DNA from: Candidatus Dormiibacterota bacterium
Lineage (GTDB): Bacteria; Chloroflexota; Dormibacteria; Aeolococcales; Aeolococcaceae
Direction: 5' to 3'
Assembly: GCA_049582105.1 (NCBI GenBank)
Contig: JBAUTG010000092.1
Span: 665 to 64,664 of the forward strand
DNA length: 64,000 nt
Shown here: positions 42,228 to 53,359 of the stretch, piece by piece
Position numbering within the stretch: the stretch's first letter is position 1
Layout of the letters: each line of letters opens with the position of its first letter
Notes under the pieces: model-generated
What the model saw: the letters and a program-made list of their open reading frames with translations, nothing else
Told to the model about the DNA's origin: nothing
Database searches by the model: none
Translations under genes and position numbers: made by a program

Positions 42228-43070
42228 TCATGAGGTCGCTGCCGGGGGTTCGCCGTTGATCGACACGATTGCGACCGGAGCGGGCAGCGCCCCGCCGCTG
42301 ATGTAATCGGCGAGGTTTGTCGCGGCGTTGACGGTGAAGTTGCCGGTGATCTCCGTTTGATTGCTCTGCCCACCCCCGGTGACGACCGGAGCGGTGAGGA
42401 CGTCGGAGTCCAGGAATATCGCGATCTGCGACAGCCCTGACGGGTCGGCGGGCTGGGCCGTGTATGCCGCGAACGCCGCATTGGTGATCCGTGTCCACTC
42501 GGCCGCCCCGGCACCGTCGAAGTTGATGTCGACCGTGACCTGACCCGTCGTCACGTCGGTTCCAACGGTTGCCGATGTGATGTCCCCACCCGGGAGCGCA
42601 GCGTCGATCTTCCAGTGATACCCGGTCGGATACCGAATCGAGTCCGAGAACTGCTCCGCGTCGAAACGTCCTCGCTGGTCGGCGAGGAACGTCGTGTTGC
42701 CGGGGTCGGGCGCACCTGCGACCGCAGTCGCAAAGGCAACCGACCCCGTTTTCGTGAACACGGCGATCGCGGCAGCCGTCGTCAACGTCGTCCGCACGTC
42801 GATGTCACCGTCGCCGCGGATCGCGATTGCCGATTGCGCGTCCGCCGCGTCAGAACGACGCTCAAGGGTCGAGACGACGTTGGAGCGCACCGAGGCGGCA
42901 TCCGATGTGAGTGGCTCACATGCGGCGGGTGACGCAACCACCGGCGCGTTGGAGTTGCACACCTGGAGCACCAGGTCGGTCCGATAGTCGATCGGCACAA
43001 ACGGCAGCCCGCACGAGGTCACCAGCACACTGCCCGCGAACGCCACCACCACCGTCAGCTTGCGCAACAC
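42228..43070 (-). CDS. Putative lipoprotein (lipobox LVTSC), function unknown
   Basis: Signal peptide plus Cys lipobox; Thr/Ala/Gly-rich extracytoplasmic protein. Confidence 0.55.
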   Translation of the reverse strand: MLRKLTVVVAFAGSVLVTSCGLPFVPIDYRTDLVLQVCNSNAPVVASPAACEPLTSDAASVRSNVVSTLERRSDAADAQSAIAIRGDGDIDVRTTLTTAAAIAVFTKTGSVAFATAVAGAPDPGNTTFLADQRGRFDAEQFSDSIRYPTGYHWKIDAALPGGDITSATVGTDVTTGQVTVDINFDGAGAAEWTRITNAAFAAYTAQPADPSGLSQIAIFLDSDVLTAPVVTGGGQSNQTEITGNFTVNAATNLADYISGGALPAPVAIVSINGEPPAATS

Positions 43071-43141
43071 CCTTCTCCGTGCAGCGCAGTCTAGGTGCTC
43101 AGCGCTGCCGGCGCCTCGTGTTCACGAGCTCCAGCTCGTCA

Positions 43142-43474
43142 TCAGATGGAGCGTCGCTGGCAGTTCCCGACGACCGCGACCGCTCCGGCGCCGATGGCGA
43201 AGAGCAGGCAGATGACCACGCCGATGACCGACAGGCTCGTGACCGGTCCGATCAAGCCCGAGAGGAGCAGACCCGCGATCACCACCGCACCCAGAAAGGT
43301 CGCAAGTGTCAACCAGTACGTCGACGGGGTCACCCAGGTCGTCCGCAGGCTGCCACTCGCGGGCTTGGAGAACATCGCGATCATGAAGGCGTCGGCGACG
43401 GGGATGACCGCCGAGCCAAAGCCACTCGCCGGCGGAACCGGCGCGTCAGGGACTTTGGTGAAACGGTTGGGCAT
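43142..43474 (-). CDS. Hypothetical small membrane protein
   Basis: 110 aa with two predicted TM helices; no recognisable family. Confidence 0.35.
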   Translation of the reverse strand: MPNRFTKVPDAPVPPASGFGSAVIPVADAFMIAMFSKPASGSLRTTWVTPSTYWLTLATFLGAVVIAGLLLSGLIGPVTSLSVIGVVICLLFAIGAGAVAVVGNCQRRSI

Positions 43475-43486
43475 GCATCCAGGGTA

Positions 43487-44446
43487 TTACGCCGCCGCGA
43501 GTTCGTCCGGGATCGCGGTCAGAACGTGACTCGACGCGGCGCGGACCACGCGGATGAGCATGAAGCGCTCGATGGGTCCGTCGACCATGAGCCGCTGGAG
43601 GTCGCGAGGACTCTCGATGGGCCGGCCGTCGACCTCGACGATGATGTCGCCGGTACAGAGACCGGCGGCATCGGCGGGGCTGCCACCGACCACCTCGACG
43701 ACCTCGAGCCCCTGGCGCCGGCCGAGGGCACCCTCCCACCGCGGAGGGATCGGACGGGCGACGCCTGCAACGCCCAGGTGGGCGCGCCGCACGCGCCCGT
43801 CGCGCACGAGCGCGCCGATGATCCGCTGCGTGGTCGCGTTGATCGGGACGGCAAGGCCGAGGCCGACTCCCGCGAGCGCCGTGTTGATTCCCACGAGGCG
43901 TCCGGAGGAATCGGCGAGCGCGCCGCCCGAGTTGCCTGGGTTGAGCGCGGCGTCGGTCTGGATGACATCGTCGATGACCCGCACGTGATCGCCCGCGCGC
44001 GCCGGTAGCGAACGCCCGAGCGCACTGACGACCCCCGCCGTCACGCTCCCGGCGAGGCCGAGCGGGTTCCCGACGGCCACGACCAGCTGCCCGACACGGA
44101 GCGCGCCGGCGTCACCGAGCCGGGCCGGTTCGAGATCTCCGTGCTCGGCGACGAGCACGGCCAGGTCCGAAAGCGGGTCCCTGCCGCGGACACGGAACCG
44201 CAATCGCCGGCCGTCGGCGAGATCGAGCCGGCCCCCGTCACCCCCGGCAACGACGTGCGCAGAGGTGACCAGGTATCCGTCGGAGCTCAGCGCCACAGCC
44301 GAGCCGCTCCCCGCCGGAGCGCGACGCCCTCCGGCGGGGGCGACCTGGACGGCCGCGACCGACGGAGCGAGCGCTGCCGCGACCTCGATCAGTGTTCGCG
44401 AGTAGGCGTCGAGCGCCTCCGTGTCGTCGCCCGGGTCAGGCGACAT
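43487..44446 (-). CDS. htrA: HtrA/DegP-family trypsin-like serine protease with PDZ domain
   Basis: Catalytic His (VTSAHVV), Asp and GNSGGAL serine motif; C-terminal PDZ-like region. Confidence 0.8.
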   Translation of the reverse strand: MSPDPGDDTEALDAYSRTLIEVAAALAPSVAAVQVAPAGGRRAPAGSGSAVALSSDGYLVTSAHVVAGGDGGRLDLADGRRLRFRVRGRDPLSDLAVLVAEHGDLEPARLGDAGALRVGQLVVAVGNPLGLAGSVTAGVVSALGRSLPARAGDHVRVIDDVIQTDAALNPGNSGGALADSSGRLVGINTALAGVGLGLAVPINATTQRIIGALVRDGRVRRAHLGVAGVARPIPPRWEGALGRRQGLEVVEVVGGSPADAAGLCTGDIIVEVDGRPIESPRDLQRLMVDGPIERFMLIRVVRAASSHVLTAIPDELAAA

Positions 44447-44975
44447 CCGGACCTTCGGCCCGGGCCTTCTGGACGGCGGTCAGAGCACCGCGCAAGCTCT
44501 CGATCCAGTCGGACTGGTGCTGGCCGACGAGGCGGACACACCAGGCCAGCGCCTCACTGCGACTGCGCGCGACACCCGCCTCGATGAGGGTGTCGAGCAC
44601 ACGGCGGTCCTCGATGCGAAGCCGGGTCATGACCGGAACACCGAGGGTCGTGAACAGCTCTTCGACGCCACCGCAGCGCGCGCCCCACGAGACCTTGCGG
44701 CCGAAGAGTCGCTCGGCATCGCGAGCCACCCGGACGCGGGCCTCGCGGGTCTCGCCGCGGAAGCGGGCGATGCGCGCGCTGCGGGCGGCGGCCCTCGTGC
44801 CCTCGGTCGCGTCTGCCGCGAGCTCGGGCTCGTCGATCTCGCCGACGATCAGGATCTCGTCGTTGTCGGAGGTGATGGCCGGAGCGGACTTGTAGAGCCC
44901 CTCGGGCAGGCGGCCGGCGAACCAGCCGGTGAGCTCGTCGTCGGTGATCGGGTCGGGAGTGTTGTGCGATTTCAT
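44436..44975 (-). CDS. Conserved hypothetical protein
   Basis: ATG at 44975 (MKSHNTPDPITDDELTGWFAGRL...) preceded by an unusually AT-rich segment; no family recognised. Confidence 0.45.
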   Translation of the reverse strand: MKSHNTPDPITDDELTGWFAGRLPEGLYKSAPAITSDNDEILIVGEIDEPELAADATEGTRAAARSARIARFRGETREARVRVARDAERLFGRKVSWGARCGGVEELFTTLGVPVMTRLRIEDRRVLDTLIEAGVARSRSEALAWCVRLVGQHQSDWIESLRGALTAVQKARAEGPDVA

Positions 44976-45018
44976 AATTACATGATTACACAACAACTCG
45001 AGCGCTGCAAGGCTCGTC

Positions 45019-46083
45019 TCAGACCGGCGTCGGCTCGTTGGACGCCCCCGGCATCTCGAATCGGAAGAGGGAGGCACCGGTCAGGTGGTAGCGCCGGCGG
45101 GCGAAGACGAAGCACACCCAGCCGATGACCGTGTTGAGTCCCTTGTCGGCGAGCCGCTGCATCACCGAGATGGCGGTGGCGATGTCGAAGCTCAGTCCCA
45201 GAGCGACCAGCAGCCCGGCGGTGCTTGCCTCGACCGCCCCGAGTCCCCCGGGCGAGAAGCTCAACCATGCCGCCCCCTGCGTGACGGCGTAGACGAAGCC
45301 CGCACTGATCCAGGACAGTTTCCCGGGATCGACCGCCTGGGCAACCGCCCAGAGCAGCGTGACGGCCATGAGCGCCTGAACCGCGCTGAGCGGCAGCCAC
45401 CGATAGGTGTCGGGGTGCCGGAACAGGACCCGCGTGTCGCGGTGCAGCTCGTCCACGGCCGGGCGTACCCGCCGCAGCAAGGGGATCTTCTCGACCAGAC
45501 GCCGCACCCGCGCGTAGAGCCCCTCGATCGTGAGGATCGCGGCGATCGCGATCACGAAGATCATCGGGACGACCACGGCGATCGCGATGTAGTGCAGCCC
45601 GATCGCCTTCGGCAGCGCGAGCACGAACAGCATGAAGACGAAGAGCAGCTCCTGTACCGTCTCGCTGGCGACGACTGCACCGAGAGGCACCGATGCAGCC
45701 TTGGAGACGAGCAGCGCGCGAGTCAGCTCACCGAGCGGCAGCAACGCCGTCGCCTGACCGGTCTCGGTGAGAAACACAGTGTCCAGCAAGGGAAACTTGA
45801 TGCCGATCGCGCGATTGAGCGTCCACCATCGAATCCCCTGCACGACGTAGAAGCCGATGCCGAGCATGACGACGAGCGGCACGTACACGAGGTTGAAACG
45901 CTCGAACGCGATACCGATCTTGCGCGGATCGGCATACACGAGGAGCGCGGCGATGGCGCCGAATGCAAGCAGCAGTGGGATGTACGCGACCCAGCGCCGT
46001 CGCGAGTTCCGTTGCGGGCGGGGAGCGTCGCTCCCGGCTCGAGAGCTTTGCTCGTCGGGAGGTGCAGCCTCCGTCACCACCAC
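45019..46083 (-). CDS. UPF0104 / lysylphosphatidylglycerol-synthase-TM-like (flippase-like) membrane protein
   Basis: Roughly 8 TM helices with topology characteristic of LPG_synthase_TM/UPF0104. Confidence 0.65.
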   Translation of the reverse strand: MVVTEAAPPDEQSSRAGSDAPRPQRNSRRRWVAYIPLLLAFGAIAALLVYADPRKIGIAFERFNLVYVPLVVMLGIGFYVVQGIRWWTLNRAIGIKFPLLDTVFLTETGQATALLPLGELTRALLVSKAASVPLGAVVASETVQELLFVFMLFVLALPKAIGLHYIAIAVVVPMIFVIAIAAILTIEGLYARVRRLVEKIPLLRRVRPAVDELHRDTRVLFRHPDTYRWLPLSAVQALMAVTLLWAVAQAVDPGKLSWISAGFVYAVTQGAAWLSFSPGGLGAVEASTAGLLVALGLSFDIATAISVMQRLADKGLNTVIGWVCFVFARRRYHLTGASLFRFEMPGASNEPTPV

Positions 46084-46131
46084 GCGATGGTAGGCGCACG
46101 GACGCGTTCCGGGCGCTGCTCCCGCGCGACG

Positions 46132-47004
46132 TCAGTCGGGCGGGGGGCCTCCCGGCCAGGGAAGTGCCGCGAATCCGATCGTCCCTGGCCCGGTGTGCGC
46201 TCCGAATATCGGGCTCAGCGGCAGCGTCTCGCTGCGCGCGACCTGCACAGCCTCGGACAGTCTCGAGGCGAGCTCCGCCGCCTCAGCGGGCGCATCCGCG
46301 TGGAACACCATGAGCCAGAGCGGTCCGCGACCGAGGTCGGTGACGGCGGCGCGCTCGAGCTGGCGGATCGCGCCGGTCGCGGTTCGCGCGAGGCCGACCC
46401 TTCCCGTGTTGCCGCCGTCGACAAGTTTGAAGACCGGCCGAACCCGCAGCGTGTTGGAGATGCCGGCCAGCAATGCCGGGACACGACCGCTCCGCGCCAC
46501 GTAGGTGAGGGTCGCAAGCGCGCCGTACACGCGCACCTGGTCGCACGCCGCGCGGACGGCATTCACCCATTCGTGCGTCTCATGTGAGGACTCGCGCAGG
46601 CACCGTGCGCACCGCGCGATGAGCGAGAACCCGGCAACCGCAGTCCCGGTGTCCATGACGGTGACACGGCGGCGGCCCTCCTCCGCCAGCAGCATGTCCG
46701 CCGCGAGGTTCGCCGTGGAGTGCATCCCGCTCCAGCGCTCAGGGATCGTGAGGCAGAGGACCGTCTCGGCGTCGGTCCTGCGGAACGCCTCGAGGTACGT
46801 CCCCGCCGACGGGGTGGCCGTTGCCGTCGTGGCTCCGCCGCGCAGGAGACGGTAGAACTCCGCGTAGGTTGACGTGCCGCCGTCGTCGACGAACTCCCGG
46901 TCACCGACCGTGATCCGCTGCGGCACCACCACCACGCCCCGCTCGAGGTCCTCCTCGAGCGCGGCGCCGCCGTCGACGACCAGGGCTCGATCGCCGAGTG
47001 TCAT
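46132..47004 (-). CDS. DegV-family fatty-acid-binding protein (FakB-like)
   Basis: DegV fold (ALVVDGGAAL...); start at MTLGDRALVV; the table ORF is extended upstream. Confidence 0.8.
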   Translation of the reverse strand: MTLGDRALVVDGGAALEEDLERGVVVVPQRITVGDREFVDDGGTSTYAEFYRLLRGGATTATATPSAGTYLEAFRRTDAETVLCLTIPERWSGMHSTANLAADMLLAEEGRRRVTVMDTGTAVAGFSLIARCARCLRESSHETHEWVNAVRAACDQVRVYGALATLTYVARSGRVPALLAGISNTLRVRPVFKLVDGGNTGRVGLARTATGAIRQLERAAVTDLGRGPLWLMVFHADAPAEAAELASRLSEAVQVARSETLPLSPIFGAHTGPGTIGFAALPWPGGPPPD

Positions 47005-47037
47005 CCACCGAAGCCAAGTCGCATCATTGGCGGCATC

Positions 47038-47727
47038 ATGATCTCCCCGTGGGTGGTGGCGGGTTGGTGCCTCCTCGCCTACCTGATCGGTGGGCTGCCT
47101 ATCGGCTGGCTGATGGTGCGCCGTAAGCGGTACGGCCTCGACCTGCGCAAGTTCGGCACCGGCAACATCGGCACGAGCAACGTATACCGCCACGCCGGCA
47201 TCGACGTCGCGGTCCTCGTGGGCCCGCTCCAGTTCGCGCAGGGGTTCATCCCGGTCTTCGCGGCGCGGCTCGCCGGGCTCCCGGTCGAGACGATGATGCT
47301 GATCGGGGTCTGCGCGGTCGCCGGCAACGGGTGGCCCTTCTACATGCGCTTCAACGGCGGGCGTGGCGTTGCGGTGGCGACCGGCGCGGTTGCCTCACTC
47401 TCGATCGCCGGGTTGGTCGCGCTGCTGATGTGCTACGCGTGGGGTGCGATCCGCGGTCGCATCGCGCTGGCGGTGCTCGTGGGCTTCGTGATCCTGCCCG
47501 TCGTGGCCTTCTTCTTCGGCGGCTCACAGGGATGGGTGCTCGGGACCGGTTGTCTGGCGATCCTGGTCCTGCTCCTGCTCCGTCGCCTCGAGGGCCTTCC
47601 TCGCGATGCGCGCGTCTACGGGCACTTCTGGCGGCGCGTGTACCAACGGCTCTTCTTCGATGAGCGTCCCGGGCGTCCACTCATGGGTCCGCGTACGGAT
47701 CCCGGGGCGGATACCGCTCGTCGCTAG
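47038..47727 (+). CDS. plsY: Glycerol-3-phosphate acyltransferase PlsY (acyl-phosphate dependent)
   Basis: GTGNIGTSNVYRHAG motif and ~5 TM segments. Confidence 0.85.
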   Translation: MISPWVVAGWCLLAYLIGGLPIGWLMVRRKRYGLDLRKFGTGNIGTSNVYRHAGIDVAVLVGPLQFAQGFIPVFAARLAGLPVETMMLIGVCAVAGNGWPFYMRFNGGRGVAVATGAVASLSIAGLVALLMCYAWGAIRGRIALAVLVGFVILPVVAFFFGGSQGWVLGTGCLAILVLLLLRRLEGLPRDARVYGHFWRRVYQRLFFDERPGRPLMGPRTDPGADTARR

Positions 47728-47739
47728 CCCGTTGGCGGC

Positions 47740-48597
47740 TCAGTCGACGTAGACGTCGCCGAACGGGTACCACCATTCGGGCGCGCGCCGGATCGCGCGC
47801 TCCAGGACCGAGGCAACGCGCTGCATGACCACCCCGTCACTGTCACCGGGGGCAGCGGCCACGGGCTCGTGGACGACGAGCCGGTAGAGCCCTCCGATGC
47901 GCCAGCACTCGACGGGCATCACCGGGACGTGCGTGACCCGTCCGAGCCAGGCGGCGGCCGTGCTGAAGTCGACCGTGCCGCCACAGAAATCGACGGCGAC
48001 CGTCTCGCCACGCTCCGGGATATCGCTGAGGATGGCGGCGAATCTCCCCCGGCGGACGGCCCGTATCAAGCCGCGCGCTGCATTGGACGACGACAGGACC
48101 TCCATATCCTGGCGGCGACGCGCCCACGCGGCGATGCTGGTGACGAGATCCGATCCCACGGGAGCCATCACCGTCGTGATCCGCAACCCCGATGCGAGCG
48201 CGCAACCGGCGGCGACGTCCCAGCTGCCGAAGTGCGCGAGCGCGAACACGCCGCCGCCGGAGGAGGCGAGTGCCTGCCGCGCGTACTCGAGGCCGTAGGC
48301 GCGAAAGTGACGGTCCATCTCGCGTGACGAGACTCCGTACTGCCACACGAAGTCGACCGAGGTGCGCGCGAAGTTGCGAAACGAACCGAGCGCGCGGCGG
48401 CGGGCCTCGCGCTGATCGAGCGATGGATCGAGGCGTCGGTGGTTGGCGGCGCAGCGCCTGCGCCCAACGGGCGAGCACCAGTAGAAGCACGTGCCGATCA
48501 GGTCGGCAAGCGCGTACCTGTTGGGCCCGAACGCGCGCAACACAAGGCTGGCGACCGAGAGCCCCGCTCGCAGTGACCGCGGCGGCGCGTCGAGCAC
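47740..48597 (-). CDS. Lysophospholipid/lipid-A-type acyltransferase (LpxL/HtrB/PatA family)
   Basis: LPLAT fold with N-terminal anchor; a GTG start near 48597 avoids overlap with glpX. The table ORF is extended upstream. Confidence 0.6.
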   Translation of the reverse strand: MLDAPPRSLRAGLSVASLVLRAFGPNRYALADLIGTCFYWCSPVGRRRCAANHRRLDPSLDQREARRRALGSFRNFARTSVDFVWQYGVSSREMDRHFRAYGLEYARQALASSGGGVFALAHFGSWDVAAGCALASGLRITTVMAPVGSDLVTSIAAWARRRQDMEVLSSSNAARGLIRAVRRGRFAAILSDIPERGETVAVDFCGGTVDFSTAAAWLGRVTHVPVMPVECWRIGGLYRLVVHEPVAAAPGDSDGVVMQRVASVLERAIRRAPEWWYPFGDVYVD

Positions 48598-48623
48598 GGC
48601 GCCCGCATTCGCCCGAGCCGCCG

Positions 48624-49631
48624 TCAATGCACCTTCGGCGCCTGGTCGGGCAGGAGCGCGACGTGATGCTTCGCGATGATCTCGCGCACCGTGCCGCTCG
48701 CCGCGCGCATGACGAGGCTGTGCGTCTCCGCCCACCAGTTGTGGTACAGGACGCCTCGCAACAGGCCGCCGCCGCTGATGCCCGTGACCGCGACACTCAC
48801 CTCGCGACCGGGAACGAGTTGTTCCATGCTCAGTGACGCTTCGGGATCGAAGCCCGCCGCGCGCATCGCGGCCGCCTCATCCTCGTGGCGGACCCAGGGA
48901 CGGCACTGCAACTCTCCGCCGAGGCAGCGCATTGCGCATGCCGCGACGATCGCCTCGCGCGTGCCGCCCGACCCGATCATGACGTCGATCCCGGAGCCGG
49001 GCCACGCCGCCATCATCGCGAGGCCGACATCGCCATCACTGACGATCGCAACGCGCGCACCGAGGGACCGCAGCCGCTCGAGCAACGCCTGGTGGCGCGG
49101 CCGGTCGAGGAGGACGACGGTGAGGTCCTGCACCTGGACGTTCATCGCAAAGGCGACACGCCGAAGGTTGTTCTCCGGGGTGTCGTTGATGTCGACCGCA
49201 CCGCGCGCCTGCGGTCCCACCGCGATCTTGTGCATGTAGGCGACCGGCGGCGGCAGCAGGATCCCACCCGTCTCGGCGGCCGCGGCGACGCTCAGCGCCT
49301 GGCTGAGACCGCCGGCCACGAGGCTGATCCCATCGACCGGCAGCACCGCCAGGTCCACCCGGTCCCGGCCTCCCCCGATCGTCCGGCCCGACACGAGACG
49401 GTTGTTCGAGCCCTCCGGGCCGATCACGATGCGCCCTTCGAACGGCATGCCGAGCAGCGCATCCTCCATCGACTCCTGCCCCGCTTCGCGGGTACCCGCC
49501 TTGTCGCCGCGACCGAGCCAGCGCCCGACTGACAGCGCGGCCGCCTCGGTCGCCCGGAGCAGCTCGAGCCCGCGGTTGCGCCCGCGAGAAACCCGCGCCG
49601 CCGAGGTGGTGCTCCGCGCAGCCGTGCTCAT
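48624..49631 (-). CDS. glpX: Fructose-1,6-bisphosphatase class II
   Basis: LELLRATEAAALSVGRWLGRGDK... colinear with GlpX. Confidence 0.9.
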   Translation of the reverse strand: MSTAARSTTSAARVSRGRNRGLELLRATEAAALSVGRWLGRGDKAGTREAGQESMEDALLGMPFEGRIVIGPEGSNNRLVSGRTIGGGRDRVDLAVLPVDGISLVAGGLSQALSVAAAAETGGILLPPPVAYMHKIAVGPQARGAVDINDTPENNLRRVAFAMNVQVQDLTVVLLDRPRHQALLERLRSLGARVAIVSDGDVGLAMMAAWPGSGIDVMIGSGGTREAIVAACAMRCLGGELQCRPWVRHEDEAAAMRAAGFDPEASLSMEQLVPGREVSVAVTGISGGGLLRGVLYHNWWAETHSLVMRAASGTVREIIAKHHVALLPDQAPKVH

Positions 49632-49652
49632 CGGCTGCAGCGTAGCGACCCG

Positions 49653-50864
49653 CTACATGATCCCGACGAGTGCAACTCCTGGAACGTCCGCGGTCAGACG
49701 GGTCACCGCGAAGGTCGCGGGGTTCACCGCGACCACCCAGCCGTTGGCGTAGCTGTCGCTCTCGAGCTGACCGTAGATCGCACCGCCGGGCGCCCACGCG
49801 ACGGGGGTGAAGTCGCCGATCGTGGCCGCGATTGCTGCTCCGGTCACGACGGTGAGGATGTGAAGCGTCGGGGTCAGCGTCGCGCCGCAGCTGTCCTCAC
49901 CGATCGGAATGGTCTCGTAGGCCACGGCACTCCCGGTGGACGAGAACACCGCGTTCCCGGCCACGTTTGCACCCGACATCGGATAGGTGCGCGTGATGCC
50001 GCCCATCACCGTGCGAATCGCATCGGTGCCGCCTTTGGCGTTCGTTGCGAAGCAGACATCACCAAGGCCGGGCCCGACGTTGCTCAACGGGCAGGTGCCG
50101 TCGGCGGTGAGCGTGGTCACCGTCGCGGAGTCGGGATTGATGACGGCCGAGAACGCCGACTGCATCTGCATGTCGAACGAGCCGCAACCGCAGCCGCCGG
50201 TCGGCACCCGAGCGAACGCGATGCCGGGCGTGGTCCAGCCGATCAGGTAGTAATCCCAGGAGTCGGGCGCGTCGGAGGTGGGATGGTTGGGATCGGAGAC
50301 GCGGTCGCCGATGACCTCAGGAGCCCGACCGGGGTGGACGACGGTGATCTTGTTCACAGCCACGCCACTCGAATTCACGTCGGAGGTCGCGTAGGCGTAG
50401 GACACGCCGTCCGGGGCGATCACGACGCCGTTGGCGTCGCTCGGGACCGGGCCCAAGGACCGCACGGTGTTCGCGGTGGTGAGCTCGTGCTCGACACCGC
50501 CTTGCGTCCAGTAGGCGCCGCCCAGGCCCGCCCTGGTGAGCCAGGGTTCAGTCGGGGTGATCTCGGTTCTCGCAACCACGGCACCGGCGGCCGTGAGGAT
50601 CTCCAGCCATTCGTTGCCACCGGTTGCCGGAAGGGTCACCACGACTGAACCGGGGAGCCCGTGAGCGACCGGCGGCAAGGTTGACGCCGGCGGCAGGGTG
50701 GGGGTCGGCGTCGAGGTGATCGCCGGACGGGGCAGGTGTGGCGCGGCGTCCGCGAACGCGACGCCGTCGGTCGTCGAACGCAGGGTGACCGCTGAGACGG
50801 CCCCGCAGCCGGAGAGGACCAGCACCAGTGCTGGAAGGACAAGGCCGGCGCGCGTCGGGGTCAT
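49653..50864 (-). CDS. Putative lipoprotein (lipobox LSGCG), large extracytoplasmic domain of unknown function
   Basis: Signal peptide plus lipobox after the Met at MTPTRAGLVLPALVLVLSGCG; Thr/Gly/Ala-rich beta-type sequence. Confidence 0.5.
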   Translation of the reverse strand: MTPTRAGLVLPALVLVLSGCGAVSAVTLRSTTDGVAFADAAPHLPRPAITSTPTPTLPPASTLPPVAHGLPGSVVVTLPATGGNEWLEILTAAGAVVARTEITPTEPWLTRAGLGGAYWTQGGVEHELTTANTVRSLGPVPSDANGVVIAPDGVSYAYATSDVNSSGVAVNKITVVHPGRAPEVIGDRVSDPNHPTSDAPDSWDYYLIGWTTPGIAFARVPTGGCGCGSFDMQMQSAFSAVINPDSATVTTLTADGTCPLSNVGPGLGDVCFATNAKGGTDAIRTVMGGITRTYPMSGANVAGNAVFSSTGSAVAYETIPIGEDSCGATLTPTLHILTVVTGAAIAATIGDFTPVAWAPGGAIYGQLESDSYANGWVVAVNPATFAVTRLTADVPGVALVGIM

Positions 50865-50963
50865 CGGGAGTGCCTCCGTCTGTCTGGTCAGTGACCGTGC
50901 AACGGAGGCGTGCACACGCGGTTTCGCGTAACGAATCGTGCCGTCGCGCGTTGCGCGCCGGCG

Positions 50964-53328
<2,365 letters not shown>

Positions 53329-53359
53329 CGCTGCTCTCCAGTGTGCCGCCTCGGAGGCA

